64,000 nt of DNA, from assembly GCA_964016885.1 (NCBI GenBank), contig OZ024743.1, positions 304,048,001 through 304,112,000 of the forward strand. Direction: 5' to 3'. Made by a program: the position numbers and the translations under genes. Shown piece by piece: positions 12,739 to 27,700 of this stretch. This DNA is from Eledone cirrhosa (Eukaryota). The first letter of the stretch is position 1; each line of letters starts with the position of its first letter. Below the pieces are notes generated by a model, which had not been told where the DNA came from, did no database searches, and was given only the letters and a program-made list of their open reading frames with translations.

Positions 12739-15350
12739 GGAGTTACCGCCTTAAATCGGGGGTAACCACAGTTTAAAAGATACTGAATACAAAGGTAGAG
12801 TGTAAACATCATTATTTAATATAGAAATAGCTTTCTACAGGATTAGAACTGTTTACTTCGTAATAAAACCTCTTTATTAAGTAATGATGACACACAAAGA
12901 CACACACACACACACAGATACACACATACACATACACACATACACATATATATCTCTGTGTATGTGTATGTCTGTGTGTTTCTAGGTGTGTGTGGTAGAG
13001 GGAGTTTGTGCGTGTATATATATATGAGTGTTTGTGTGTCTGTGCGTCTGTATATGTTTGTAAGTATGTATGAGTGTATATGCGTGTGTGTATAATACTT
13101 CTTAATAGATGACGTTTTTGTGGTAATCTTTATTCTGAATGGTCATTATGGTTGAATGTGAGTATGACATCTCGCCTATTTACTGAACCGTTAATAATAA
13201 AAGACGTGATTCCGTATGAAAATTTACATTATAAGAAATCAAAGTTAGCTGTATGTACAGGAAGAAAATATATTATACTATAATCACTGCAAGAATATGA
13301 CGCATATTTCTATTTAATCGTAAATCATATTTTCACAGATATGATTCATATTATTTTACGCAATCTAGAATAATTATGGGAGTATACAATGTGTTTACTT
13401 TATCAAGTCCTAATTACTTACAGAATTGCAATGAAAACATCTTAGGTCCTGTGCCCTCGACAATATTTCAGTGATGGATAAGGATTTCTCCTATACACTA
13501 CATATTTTTTTAGAAAAAGGAAGAACCGGAATTCATCGGCACTCCATGAAGGAAAATTTAATGGACAACGATGAAGATTATATTTCCTTCGCAAAGGAAC
13601 GTAAGAAAAACTTCATGTAATATTATATGTTGTTCTACAGCTTCTGTCGAGCCAACAGACTTGAAATAATAATGACAGATCAAACTCAATATAAAACGAT
13701 AGACTGGAGAAGGACACGGTCTAATATATTGCTTCCAACATTTAACTGGTATTCATCTTGTCAGCCTTAGATGCAGCATTTCAAAATAAATTAAACCTCA
13801 AAACATAAAGTGGTACTTCCGACATGGTTTCTGCCATTTTAACATCATCGCTCCCTTATAGTTTATATAATGACATAATTATATAATGACATCTAAACTC
13901 AACTAAATGCATCAGATTTTCAGAAAGAGATATAATACATTCAAGTAATTTCCAGAATTACTCAACCTCTAAAAGGGGAAAGCCAAGTTTGACACTCGGG
14001 TTATTGTATAAAGATATCTATGTCATTTTGGGGGGAGGGTGTATTTGCCAAACTAAATCCTTATATAACAAACACTTTCCCGAAAGAATCATCGATATAT
14101 GATAAGCATTGAAAATAGACAAAAATCAGGTAAGGTGTACGTATCTAACATTTTTCTTGCTTTTAGTAAAGCAATGAATAATATTACCGTCAATCAGTAT
14201 AAAGTCTATTGCTGTACTTTTTATATTATCGCCCATGGTGTAGTTTTTCTTCGATATTGTAAGCGTCAAAGCAATTATAACCAAGGTCAGTTTCCCTTAT
14301 TAGCCGTTTGCTATATTGCATAAGGCAATAGAAATCAAAGTTTATATAATGCAAAAATTCATAAGATGAACATTATTACGGATAATTTGCACTGGCATGT
14401 GTTGTAATATAATTGCCCAAAATAATGTGCGTTAGACATAGCTACTCAAATATCATTTGAAATGACTAGTTCTGTACATTTCCAATTATTTCCACCAAGC
14501 GAAAATGATTATAAATCAATTTATGCTATTGGCAAAACGCGTCAGCTTTATATAAAAATGCAATGAGAATTGCCATTAAGTATTGATGAAATACGTAAAG
14601 TGCTTAAAACATTAGGAAAGAGAGTTTATTGATTTTCTTCACTGGGAAATTATGAGGTGCTTCTGGCGATTATTCATCTCTAGATATACAAGCAAATATG
14701 ATGTAGGCAACTGATTCAATTTTATTATAACACTTGATTTAGTAATTTGATAATGGAAATACAATCCCGGTTTAGGTTGATGGATTAATTGGGTGATATC
14801 AAACTAAAAGTTATATACCGCTTCTCAATATCATGGAATATTTAACATCGTCAAATATTTAGGAATACTAACGGCCAGCTCATTTGTTTGCATTAATGTA
14901 ACATATGAAATTATCGATGGTGGGAAATGTGACTCTGAAACAGTTTTTTACTCAGGCAGTCAATTTACTGCAGGTCAGCGTGGCGGAGCTTGTCGTAATC
15001 TAATTTATATTCAGAAGTTCGTTCTTCGTCAGCCCTACAAGATGCAGAAACTTTCAATGTTTAAGATGTGTCAGTATTTACATTGGTAAGAAGGTCTTTA
15101 TATGTTTTTATAATATTATATATATACGGGATAACAGGTTATCGTTATGGCAGTCCACTTAGATGTAGTCCAGTTGGAGTATTTTTTGTAGTGGGTAGTA
15201 TTAACGTGTGGCTCAGTTTGACTCAACAAGACGTTTCCATAGTGATGCTGCGAGTTCGCGGTGATTTCTATGTAGTTTATACTTGGAGTAATAATAATTC
15301 AAAAAAGAAGATTGACATGGTTCGCTATACAATAAGGGCTTTATTCACAT

Positions 15351-15460
15351 TGCTGACAATTGTTTCTTTGATCTGGCAGGTCTAGAGTTCGCTATACGCC
15401 TGATTTTGCGCCAATCGAACTCCAATAATTTCTTTATAACCAGTCTTTATCATCGGAGCA
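15351..15460 (-). ncRNA. Hammerhead-like motif with variant core (CCGATGA) and long stem II
   Basis: Minus strand reads TGCT-CCGATGA...GAAAC-AATT-GTC-AGCA (stem I TGCT/AGCA, palindromic loop III). Confidence 0.55.
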
Positions 15461-18400
15461 GGTGAAATGAAGAAAATACATAAGGCATGGTTTTTATATA
15501 AGTGTAGTATTAAACCAGAACTATAATTTCAATGATAAAATAAAATAACTAGATAGCAGACAATTAAAATAATAACATCAATATAAGTAAGAGATAGAGT
15601 ATAATGGAGAATCTAGCATGTTAAACAGACTGATATGATACAGATGTATGGAATTGACATGTGAAAAATGCTATAGGGTACATTACATATAGTGATAGGG
15701 TAGCGACTAGATAACAGTAACCACTAAGATGTACTTAGAGACAGAATTTATGAGTATCCACCGTGCTGTAGGTATTCTAGCAATAAACCGGAGATTTACT
15801 TTTTATTTTTTTTATTAATTGACAGATAAACATTTTCGTTTGATTAATTTAGTGATGATGATAGTTTTTATGTGGTGTTAAATAGAGTTGTAGATTCGGT
15901 ATTTAAGTGGCCTATACCAAAGGTGGGGATTGTTAGTTCGAATCGTGGGGGTTTAGTTGTCACAGCATAAATAACAAGTCCTGTATAAATAAGACAGTGA
16001 TAATAACAATAATAGAAGGTAGTAAAGTAGTAAAATGTGCATGGTAGGTATATAGAACATGAAAAATAATATTAGGGTTATATTGATATAAATAATAAGA
16101 ATAATAAGAATAATAAGAGGAAAGTGAGATTTCAAGAGATGTAGGAGTAATAAGATAATGTACTTAGAATTAGGTTCATCTTTTAGAGATCGTGAGTGCT
16201 AATGAGAGATATAGATCATTGGTCCGAAGTAGTGGGTAACCGCGAAGATATGATTGATTTATGGGCTGATAAGATAGTTGTAGACATATTCCAGTGGTAT
16301 AGAATTAGGGAGGCTATAAGGTATTTCTAGAAGATTATAGTTCCGTATGGGCTGTGTGAGGAGGTGGATTTCATATGTTAAAAGCTAAGTGGTATTGGTT
16401 CGAACATTGGTTATTTGCGCTGAATCGTTCTATCTCATTGTGATGTCGAAACTGTTCATCCTGTTTTTTTCTTTCCCAGTAGCTATTTTCAAATTTTATG
16501 ATAGTCCGTCTAGCTGCTAGTATTATTTTAATTTCTTCTGGCGTAAGGTCCGAGTTATTTTGGGCAAATATTAGTGCTTTATCTAGGGTGACTGGGGATA
16601 TGGATGCGTAGTAATCATTTATGTCAAATTGTATGAAGTTGCATTCTTCCCTATTTTGTATTCTATTGAACCATTCAATTGCTTCCTTAGTGTTACCTCA
16701 TTATGCTAATGTGATCGAACGATTCAGCACAAATAACGGATGTTTTGGGGATATTTATAGCATACAACCTACATAAGGAATTTAATAACCTACAAGGATG
16801 AATTTATAGAGACGACACGCTCCTTATAGCTAGGAACTTAAATAACCAGAGCATGGAAAGACTAAGAAAAAACATTAGAACATTCTTCAAAAAACTAGGC
16901 CTAGATATTACCTACGAAATGAACTCTAAAATGGCAAACATTCTAGACGTAACTCTAAACCAAGCACGGGATTCCACAAAAATAATAAGAATCTAGCCTA
17001 CATTAGTTATAACTCAAACCACCCCCGATCCATAATTAAATCCATAGCACGAAGTGTATCCCTTAGAATATCTCGTTTATCCTCAAACCAAGACATTTTT
17101 AAAGAACATGCTAACTATCATAACGCAGCATTACGTAGGGCTGGACACAAAGAAAAGCTGCAGTTTATAACGGATAAGGATAACACAAATAAACCCATTA
17201 ACACAGATACCAACCGCTCATACAAAAATAGAGGTAACCGGACTAGACATAAAACTAGGCAAATAGCACCTAGAGTAAGAGGACCGAACACGAATAATGT
17301 AAACCCCAGAAACTATAGAAGAACTAGAGAAAGAAAATACCTTTGGTTTAATCCATTCTTCAACTCCTCTATAAGAACTAAACTGCCTTCTACGTTCTTT
17401 AAACTAATAGATAAGCACTTCCCTATATCGCATAGATATCATAAAATCTTCAATAAAAAAACTATAAAACTCTCATTCTCTACTGCTGCAAACATTGAAT
17501 CGCTCATACGCAAGATCAACCAAAAGAGTACCTCTAGGAAAGATATCACACCCATACGCAACATAGCACGAAACACAAAACACAAACACATTACACTATC
17601 ACAACCGCAAACGCACATGAACACACCGCAGCAAAACTTCAATAGGCATAAATCACAACCCACATACAATAGCTTACAAAACCGCAATGTGAAAGCTGCA
17701 TAGAGTAATTCCCCGAACTGCAACTGCCACCTACCGGATAAGTGCCCACTCGCGAATAGATGCCTTGATTCGTGCCTAGTGTACATGTGTACTATAAACT
17801 CGGGCAACTCCACTTGGCACTACATTGGATCCACCGCGGGTGCTTTTAAAAAAAGATAGTATGTGCACAGACATTCAATGAAGAACCGTGCACTGATAAA
17901 TTCTACAACCCTCGTCAATAAAATATGGCAACTTAAGGGCGAAACCTTGATTATAATATTAGCTGGTCGAAATTAGCGACCGCAAAGACATATAGCAGCG
18001 GTATGTCGTACTGCGGACTCTGCAAACTTGAATTGCTCCATATCTTAAGGATCGATAAAATGCTACTCAACAGTAAAATAAAAGGTCAATTTTCTGCAGA
18101 CATAAGATTGCTACACAATTCGCGAGATTTAAACCACCGTGATTCGAACCAATACCACTTAGCTTTTAATATATGAAATCCACCTTCTCACACAGCCCAA
18201 TACGTAACTATAATCTTCTAGAAATACCTTATAGCCTCCCTAATTCTATCCCACTGGAAGATGTCTACAACTAGCTTATCAACCCATAAATCAATCATAC
18301 CTTCGCGGTTACCCACTACTACTGACCAGGGATCTATATCTCTCATTAGCACTCACTTTCCTCTTATTATTCTTATTATTCTTATTATTCTTATTATTAT

Positions 18401-19043
18401 GAACATCTCAATATAACCCTAATATTATTGTTCATGTTCTATATACCTACCATGCACATTTTACTACTTTCTATTATTGTTATTATCACTGTCTTATTTA
18501 TACACGACTTGTTATTGATGCTGTGAAAACTAAACCCCACAAGATTCGAACTAACAATCCCCACCTTTAGTATAGGCCACGTAAATACCGAATCTACAAC
18601 TCTATTTAACACCACATAAAAACTATCATCATCACTAAATTAATCAAACGAAAATGTTTATCCGTCAAATAATAAAAAAAATAAAAAGTAAATCTTCCTG
18701 TTTATTGCTAGAATACCTACAGCACGGTGGATACCTCATAAATTCTGTCTCCAAGTACATCTTAGTGGTTACTGTTATCTAGTCGCTACCATATCACTAT
18801 ATCTAATGTACCCTATAGCAGTTTTCACATGTCAATTCCATAATCTGTATAATATCAGTCTGTTCAACATGCTAGATTCTCCATTATACTCTATCTCATA
18901 CTTATATTTAAATTATTATTTTAATTGTCTGCTATCTAGTTATTTTATTTTATCATTGAAATTATTGTTTTGATTTAATACTACACTTATATAAAAACCA
19001 TGCCTTATGTATTTTCTTCATTTCACCCTTTGTTATATTTTGA

Positions 19044-19103
19044 ATACCTGATGATATCACACCGGATTCATACTGAACCTGTTCATTGAAATATTCATAG
19101 TAT
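19044..19103 (+). ncRNA. Hammerhead ribozyme candidate
   Basis: ATAC-CTGATGA...GAAAT-ATTC-ATA-GTAT. Stem II is weak. Confidence 0.5.
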
Positions 19104-19743
19104 AATAAACCTTTCAAAGATTTACACCTGTCCAGCCTCCTGTTATTTTATAATATGTATGTATATATATATATATATATAAAATAATAATATAATAATA
19201 TATAATAATCATACAGACAATAAATACATTATCTATTTGTCTAGATATCTATTTATCTATTAACATTTCTCTACGTCAGGCAGTCTGTCGTACTACGAAT
19301 CTGTAGTTGTTTGTGTATATCTACCAATGTATTTATTTTCGGACGAGTATGACAATAATAACTAATCGCACATCCCAATATCAATCCGGAGATAGCTAAA
19401 TATTTAGCAACATAGATAGATAAATCGATGCAGGTATAGAGTGATAGGCATATAGGCAGATTATTAATTAATTGTAGTAAATTTATTTTTAAAGTCATTA
19501 CTGGCCAGGTTTGAGTGTATCCCATTGTATATATACAAACGTTTGAAAATGTATTTCTCTTCCAAAATGTTTAACATTGAATAACTTTTCATTCCGGGTA
19601 TATAGATCAAAGAAACAATTGTCAGCAATGTTTCATCAGCATTATTTTATAGCGAACCATGTCAATCTTCTTTATTGAATTATTATATATATATATATGA
19701 TAAAGAACACAAGAGCGTCTACAACATCAAGAGATTTTTATTG

Positions 19744-19788
19744 GCTTACAATGTTTCTTCCTTACGTAACCGTAGGATTCGTCAGAGC
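19744..19788 (-). ncRNA. Minimal type I hammerhead ribozyme (left-arm pseudo-LTR)
   Basis: Minus strand reads GCT-CTGACGA-A-TCCTACG-GTTA-CGTAAGGA-A-GAAAC-ATT-GTA-AGC. Confidence 0.75.
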
Positions 19789-20512
19789 TATAAAAGGGGT
19801 TTGATTGGTGTTATGGACTCTACCAACTAAACATTCAAGAACAAAGAGTAAAGAGAGTAAAGAGCAAAAGCAGGGGACGATAAGTCTAATTTTGGTGCGG
19901 GAAGGTGTGGGTGTGCGTCCTTGTTTACTAGCTGTGGTCATATTCATTCCCGGGAGTCGAGTAGTTAGTTGAGCCATTGATGGGGAGGCGTCGATAGTAG
20001 GGTGCAGAGGGTGTGCAGAGGCTACACACACACAAAGGGCATACAATATATATATAACCGAGGAGAAAGTACATGAGGTAATTAGAAATGGAAAAAGAGT
20101 AATAATAATAATATATAATTAATAATGTATAATAAGGCATGGGGAAGATTACACTATAATAAGGTATAAAATTAAGAATAAGGTAAAATATAAAGGAGGA
20201 TAGAAGTGAAAATAAGAATAAAGATAACAATATATATATATAAAAAATATATATACATACACACATATATACATATCATACACACACACATACACATATA
20301 CACATACATATATATATACACATACATATCACATATACTCATACACACAATATAATACACATGTATACAATATACATATATATATATACAATATACATGT
20401 ATACAATACACATACACATGCATGCATGCATGCACACACGTACGCACACATATATACATATGTCTGTGTGTGTGTGTGTGAGAGAGAGAAAAGGAGAATA
20501 CACACACACACA

Positions 20513-20553
<41 letters not shown>

Positions 20554-23509
20554 CAACCTTGTAGGGGACTGGTCCACCCTTAGGCTACCTATCTTTCTGG
20601 TATATGGGTTGGGGGGGAAGCTATAGTCAAGGAGGGGTATGTCTAGGTGGGGGTTGCGTAATGTATGTTACGTCTAAGTGCTAGGTTTAAAATAGAAGAA
20701 AGAACTCAGGATTTTGTGTTGGCAAGAGGAGAACATTTCCGATTTCCTGTTAAGCAGGTTCAGTTTAGAGTGTATTATGGCATGGCATTCCAGTAAACAC
20801 AGGTCACAACTCTCGCTCTGCGGTCGGTATGGCGTGGATCTAGTAAGCTTCCTCCAAAAAAGTTTGTATGGTGTACTATTATTTTTTAAAAAGGAGATGT
20901 ATCCCGCCAGTGATGTGGCATTTTTATGCCATCTAATGATATAGAGGCACCTAGTGATAATGCTAGTAACCAAAGTTCGGGAGGTACGCTAACTGATCGA
21001 ACCCGCAGCTGCAATTGTAGGCGGAGTAGTAATTGTCCCCTAAAGGGGGATTGCCTCATGAAAAACATCGTATTTGCATGTGACGTAACCACACACAGCT
21101 CTACCAAAACATATATAGGATCAACTTCCAATACATTTAAAACTAGATTTAACGCGCATATGACCACATTTAGTCACGATAGACAAAAATGCCACCTCAC
21201 TGGCGGGATACATCTCCTTTTTAAAAAATAATAGTACCCCATACAAACTTTTTTGGAGGAAGCTTACTAGATCACCGCCATACCGACCGCAGAGCGGGAG
21301 TTGTGACCTGTGTTTACTGGAATGCCATGCCATAATACACTCTAAACTGAACCTGCTTAACAGGAAATCGGAAATGTTCTCCTCTTGCAACACAAAATCC
21401 TGAGTTTCTTCTTCTATTTTAAACCTAGCACATAGACGTAACATATATTACGCAACCCCCACCCAGACATACCCCTCCTTGACTATAGCTCCCCCCCACC
21501 AACCCATAACCCAGATAGATAGGTAACATAAGGGTGGAACAGTCCCCTACAAGGTTGCTGTTTGTGTGTGTGTGTGTGTGTATTCTCCTTTTCTCTCTCA
21601 CACACACACAAACATATGTATATATGCGTGCGTACGTGTGAGCATGCATGCATGCATGTGTATGTGTATTGTATACATGTATATTGTATATATATATATG
21701 TATATTGTATACATGTGTATTATATTGTGTGTATGAGTATATGTGATATGTATGTGTATATATATATGTATGTGTATATGTGTATGTGTGTGTGTATGAT
21801 ATGTATATATGTGTGTATGTATGTATATTTTTTCTGTAGAAGTCTTCTCTATATGTGGTGTTTGGCATAAATTCCTCCTATAATAATATTCTTTGAGAGG
21901 AGCACGATGTGTAGAATAACACATATGTATTGTCGCAGTTGAAACTGAGAACCACCACCCCTCCTGCTGACCCAAATGTTTACTGAGGACCAGAACACCA
22001 TTCTCCACAATATAAGAGAGGAATACGCTTGCCGAACTATTGATGACCATAACATCACATTCCAAGGTAATGGCAAAACACAGTGAATGCTAAACACGAC
22101 CAGAACACCACAACATGCACATCGGAGCAACAGAGATATAATATCAATAAGCGAATCAATTGAATTTTTTGAGTTGAAATACATATAAATATGTGTCTGT
22201 GTGTATCGGACACACGTACACATAAAGAAACTGCTGACCTAAATGTACCTGTCATGCCTGTCTGAATTCCTAAGAGAATTTTCGGTCAGTTACTATCTTG
22301 ACCGATTACCCTCACAATTACTACGTAGCGGTTCTTGCACGTGACTACTGGACCCGGATGAAACGAAGACGAAGAATTTCCTTGCATACCGTTTTGTACC
22401 ACAGATGTGATCTCACTCTGCCTCGTTAATGTTCAATCGACACCAAAGTTCTACGTTCGGGGCAATAGAATTGAATCCAACCACCGACAACATAGTTGGA
22501 TGACCGATAATCACACCAAACCGGAGTACTGTGATCCTTGTGATTTCGAGATATACAACCACTGACACTGTTACGAAGACCAGAAAACCATACTCCATAA
22601 TATTCAACCAAGTGATTGATTTGTGCGACCAAAATAACACCACACACATATTGAACTAGGAATATTGGATCCTCCGTCAATGTCTGGGTGAGCAAAAATA
22701 GATTTCTATCTGCATTGGAATTTACGAACTTGTGCATCTGCTGTGGTGTCAAAAACAAACGCACATGACCGCACAGATGAACAATGGGCTATGCCACGTG
22801 GGTTGAACCTGCAAGTGAATTGAAGGATGTGTAACTCTGATATACAGATTATTTATTATTAAGATGTATAAACTTGACATAATTATTATCATCTTATATT
22901 CTCTCAACGAATCACATTTGATTATATTTCTCTATCCCGTTTTCTCCCCCCATAATTATAATATTTTTATTTGAAAAAATCGGTTTTTTTACGTTGTGTT
23001 TTTCCCTTCCTAATACTTGCTTATATTTCTTTATATATTCTCTATATATTTTTTATATATATTTTTTTTTATCTTTATTCTTATTTTCACTTCTATCCTC
23101 CTTTATATTTTACCTTATTCTTACTTTTATACCTTATTATAGTGTAATCTTCCCCATGCCTTATTATACATTATTAATAATTATATATTATTATTATTAC
23201 TCTTTTTCCATTTCTAATTACCTCATGTACTTTCTCCTCGGTTATATATATATTGTATGCCCTTTGTGTGTGTGTAGCCTCTGCACACCCTCTGCACCCT
23301 ACTATCGACGCCACCCAATCAATGGCTCAACTAACCACTCGACTCCCGGGAATGAATATGACCACAGCTAGTAAACAAGGACCAACACACTACCCTCCTG
23401 CACCAAAATTAGACTTATCGTCCCCTGCTTTTGCTCTTTACTCTCTTTACTCTTTGTTCTTGAATGTTTAGTTGGTAGAGTCCATAACACCAATCAAAGC
23501 CCTTTTATA

Positions 23510-23553
23510 GCTCTGATGAAATCTACGGTTCGTAAGGAAGAAACATTGTAAGC
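23510..23553 (+). ncRNA. Minimal type I hammerhead ribozyme (right-arm pseudo-LTR)
   Basis: GCT-CTGATGA...GAAAC-ATT-GTA-AGC, the mirror copy of 19744-19788. Confidence 0.7.
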
Positions 23554-23728
23554 CAATAAAAATCTCTTGATGTTGTAGACGCTCTTGTGTTCTTTATCAT
23601 ATATACGGCTCTGCTCCAATGCATAGAGCTAATTATTATGCTGCCAACACCTTAATGGGACACGGGTATACAATACCTAACTCCTATTAACATAAGTATA
23701 TATATATATATATATATTTGTATGTATG

Positions 23729-23814
<86 letters not shown>

Positions 23815-23815
<1 letters not shown>

Positions 23816-24470
23816 ATTAGTTATTATTGCACCGATGTGAGGTATATGATTTTTAATTCAATGAAATATCTATGATCGTCGGCAAATCACTGATGAGGGA
23901 CTCATTTTATTACATGTTATCCATGCGCTACCTGCAGTATTTTTCTCCATATTTTATTACATATATTTACCCAAACTGCGATTCTCTGTTTTTCTCTCTC
24001 TCTCTCTTACTGCTCCCCCATTCTCTCTGTTTCTCCTACATTCTTTCGCCCCCACTGTCATGTCTGTTAACTCTTCCTACACTTTCACTCACTCACTGTT
24101 TCTCCTCTCTTCACTTCATCCCGTACACCACGAAGGCTATTTTTCTCTCTTCTCACATGGCCTTCGTTCGTGTAAGGTCTTTTTTCTAAAGCGCTCATAT
24201 ATTCACACAGCTTATGCTAAACAGAATAATTATGAAGCTTGTTTCATTCCCCTACGGTTAGCTATACTCTTTGTTGTTCTCCTGTCTCACTCGCTTTACG
24301 CGTTTTAATTGTCCTAATAACTTATTTTAGTTATTATTGCACCGACGTGAGGTATATGATTTTTAATGCAATGAAATATCTATGATCGTCGGCAAATCAC
24401 TGATGAGGGACTCATTTTATTACATGTTATCCATGCGCTTCCTGCAGTATTTTTCTCCATATTTTATTAT
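23815..24470. repeat. Partial tandem direct repeat between (TA)n tracts (pseudo-LTR-like architecture)
   Basis: 23818-23960 is repeated 510 bp later at 24328-24470 with very few differences. Confidence 0.7.
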
Positions 24471-24513
24471 ATATATATATTATATATATATATATATATG
24501 TATTGTATGTATG

Positions 24514-24536
<23 letters not shown>

Positions 24537-24544
<8 letters not shown>

Positions 24545-24790
24545 TCGAACAAATTGATGAAGGAGAAGGAAGCCGTTAAAACACATTTATAAAAAGCTCT
24601 TACATATGTTTCGTCCAATGGGGCTTGTCTGAGGCAGTTAAATAGGCAAATAATGAAATAATGAACACTTATTAAATTATTTGCCTATCTAACTGCCTCA
24701 GACGAGCCCCATTGGGCGAAACATATGCAAGAGCTTTTTATAAATGTGTTTTAACGGCTTGCTTCTCTTTTGTCAATTATTTCGATTATA
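24537..24790. repeat. Inverted pseudo-LTR pair, each arm with a hammerhead-like motif (variant core CAGACGA)
   Basis: 24537-24654 mirrors 24676-24790. The motif is CAGACGA-GCCC-CATT-GGGC-GAAAC-ATAT-G(T/C)A at 24699-24729. Confidence 0.75.
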
Positions 24791-24958
24791 ATTCCTCTGC
24801 TTAACTTCGTACACTAAATATTAACGCCTCTAATATTTAACCCTGTTTACATAAGCATCGAGCACATATCCACCTACTTTTCGCAAATAACCCTCTGTAT
24901 CGTTTCTCTGTATACCTCATCCTTCTATCCTCTCTCACGATAATGTTTACCTTTTACA

Positions 24959-25028
<70 letters not shown>

Positions 25029-25324
25029 AAAGGTAAAAAGAAATAACAACACAATCGGTACAGTATATCGAAGGGATACATTAGGTTAACGCTTGATATA
25101 GCAGGAGGAGGGCCTTAACGTCTTAGACGCAAGTCCTTCACCCGAAGAAAGAATGATAAATAAGTTAGATTGAGTGGACGGGCGGGTTGGAACTGGAAAG
25201 GTTGTCTCTAGATAAAAATAACAGGTCCATTCATGTTGACATCTCTTGCAAAACTGTTGGTGGTGGGGTTTTGTGTATGATTTATTTTTTTAGGAAAATG
25301 GATGATGGAGAGCGTCTACGTTAA

Positions 25325-26276
<952 letters not shown>

Positions 26277-26280
<4 letters not shown>

Positions 26281-27638
26281 TGTAAGCGTGTGTGTGTGTG
26301 CGTGCGTGGATCCCTATTCCTACTGGATCCCTATCCCTACTGGACTTCCAACTCAGGGTAACAGAGAAAGGCAACATCCACACCTGCTTCTATAAAAAAG
26401 CCGCCAGCAGGGACCTGTTCGTACATTTCAGATCGGCCCTCCCACTCGGTGCCAAGTTCGGATACATAAGGAATGAACTGGCACGTATCCGGAACAAATG
26501 CACCGACGCTAGAGACCGAGACACACACACCACACATTTCCTGGAAGTACTCAAACTGAACGGATACACGACATCCACCACAAACCGTGCCAGAAAGAAC
26601 AGAGGACACCACACCGAGGCACTAACACTTGCTTCCTGAAGCTCCCACACTTCAGTGAAGAAACAACAACAGCCATCCGCAGAGCCATCAGACGAGAAGG
26701 ACTAGATATCCAACAGGCCCACTCAGGTCCTTCTCTGCGCGGACAGCTAGCCAAAAGACACTCCACCAGACATGACAACTGCTGCAGACTAGCCAACTGC
26801 CCCATCAACGACACAGACCTATGCCACCAGGCTTACGTCGTATACAGACTAGAGTGTGACAAATGCAACAACTTCTACGTAGGTAGCACCACTAGACCAC
26901 TCCACATAAGAATAAAAGAACACCTCAATACTAACGCTTCCTCATTTAAGAAACACCTAGTTAAATGCAAAAACACCGACAAAACCATAACAGTTAGGAT
27001 AGAATCTAAGGAAAGAAAGCTCGGCAATCTTAGAATTAAGGAAGCACTAATTATAGATAAAACACAACCACCAATCAATAATAGACTAGAACTCAACACC
27101 CAATGTATAACCTGATAGGGCTTCTAGCCCCATATTTACACACCCCCCACACACACACGCTTACACCTCCACTTATTCTCTCTCACACATACACACACAA
27201 AACCAGTTCTAACACCAGATAACACCTATCCCTCACATTTACGAATAGACTTATCTTCTTACACTCACACACACACTCACATACTTACACCTTCATGCAT
27301 TCTCCCACACACTTAAACAGGCATGTATATTAAAAAAAAGACCTATACAAACCCCTTTTAAAGGGAGACTACTCTTTATCCACCTAATTTTAACTCTTTG
27401 ACATTAGAGATAGAACAGATACTCTATACTATTTCCTGTCAGCATAGCTTGGCAAGATATTTAGAACGCTGGTTTGAGAATTTATTTCCCTCTGAAGAAG
27501 AGATATTATCTCGAAAATTAAGGACATTTTAAATAAATCTAAGGTAAAAGACGAATTGTCAACAATATCTTTTGCAATTGCATTCTTTTTTCTATGTCCA
27601 TACCTGCATTGTTTTGGCTTTATTATACATATTCAAAC

Positions 27639-27640
<2 letters not shown>
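26277..27640 (+). mobile_element. 5'-truncated Penelope-like element (RT thumb + GIY-YIG + pseudo-LTR)
   Basis: LSLLDFQL...FYKKAASRDLFVHFRSALP, then after a frameshift CRLANCPI..LC..VVYRLECDKCNNFYVGSTTRPLHIRIKEH...EALII...PINNR. The 5' junction (26277-26300) is an inverted copy of 27148-27170. Confidence 0.88.
27489..27523 (+). ncRNA. Minimal type I hammerhead ribozyme
   Basis: CCT-CTGAAGA-A-GAGAT-ATT-ATCTC-GAAA-A-TTA-AGG. Confidence 0.75.

Positions 27641-27700
<60 letters not shown>

Larger units (their letters stand above)
15290..19150 (+). mobile_element. Penelope-like element (Naiad-like RT + GIY-YIG), 5'-truncated, with ~1-kb inverted pseudo-LTR and an inverted RT segment
   Basis: Plus strand 16715-18142 gives NDSAQIT...IYRDD...LDVTLN...NSNHP...WFNP...CNC..CPL...YIGST...CGLCKLE...CRHK. 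Minus strand 16410-16700 gives FIQFDINDYYASI...FDITM. 15462-16405 is the reverse complement of 18143-19027. Confidence 0.88.
19698..23605 (+). mobile_element. Penelope-like element (Naiad-like GIY-YIG) forming a ~3.9-kb inverted structure
   Basis: 20926-21435 (one frameshift) gives CNCRRSSNCPLKGDCL..IVFAC..YIGSTSNTFKTRFNAH...CDLCLLE...LLNRKSE..CQHK. 19698-20925 mirrors 21185-21832 plus 23045-23605. Flanked by (TA)n. Confidence 0.88.

Noticed and set aside
16798-16800. In-frame TGA in a Naiad-like RT as selenocysteine
   Set aside because: It sits at a Gly position before IYRDD (likely GGA>TGA). The zinc-binding Cys codons are TGC/TGT, the copy has other stops and frameshifts, and no SECIS was identified.
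23890-23930. Hammerhead at CTGATGAGGGACTC
   Set aside because: No properly placed GAAA or closing stems.
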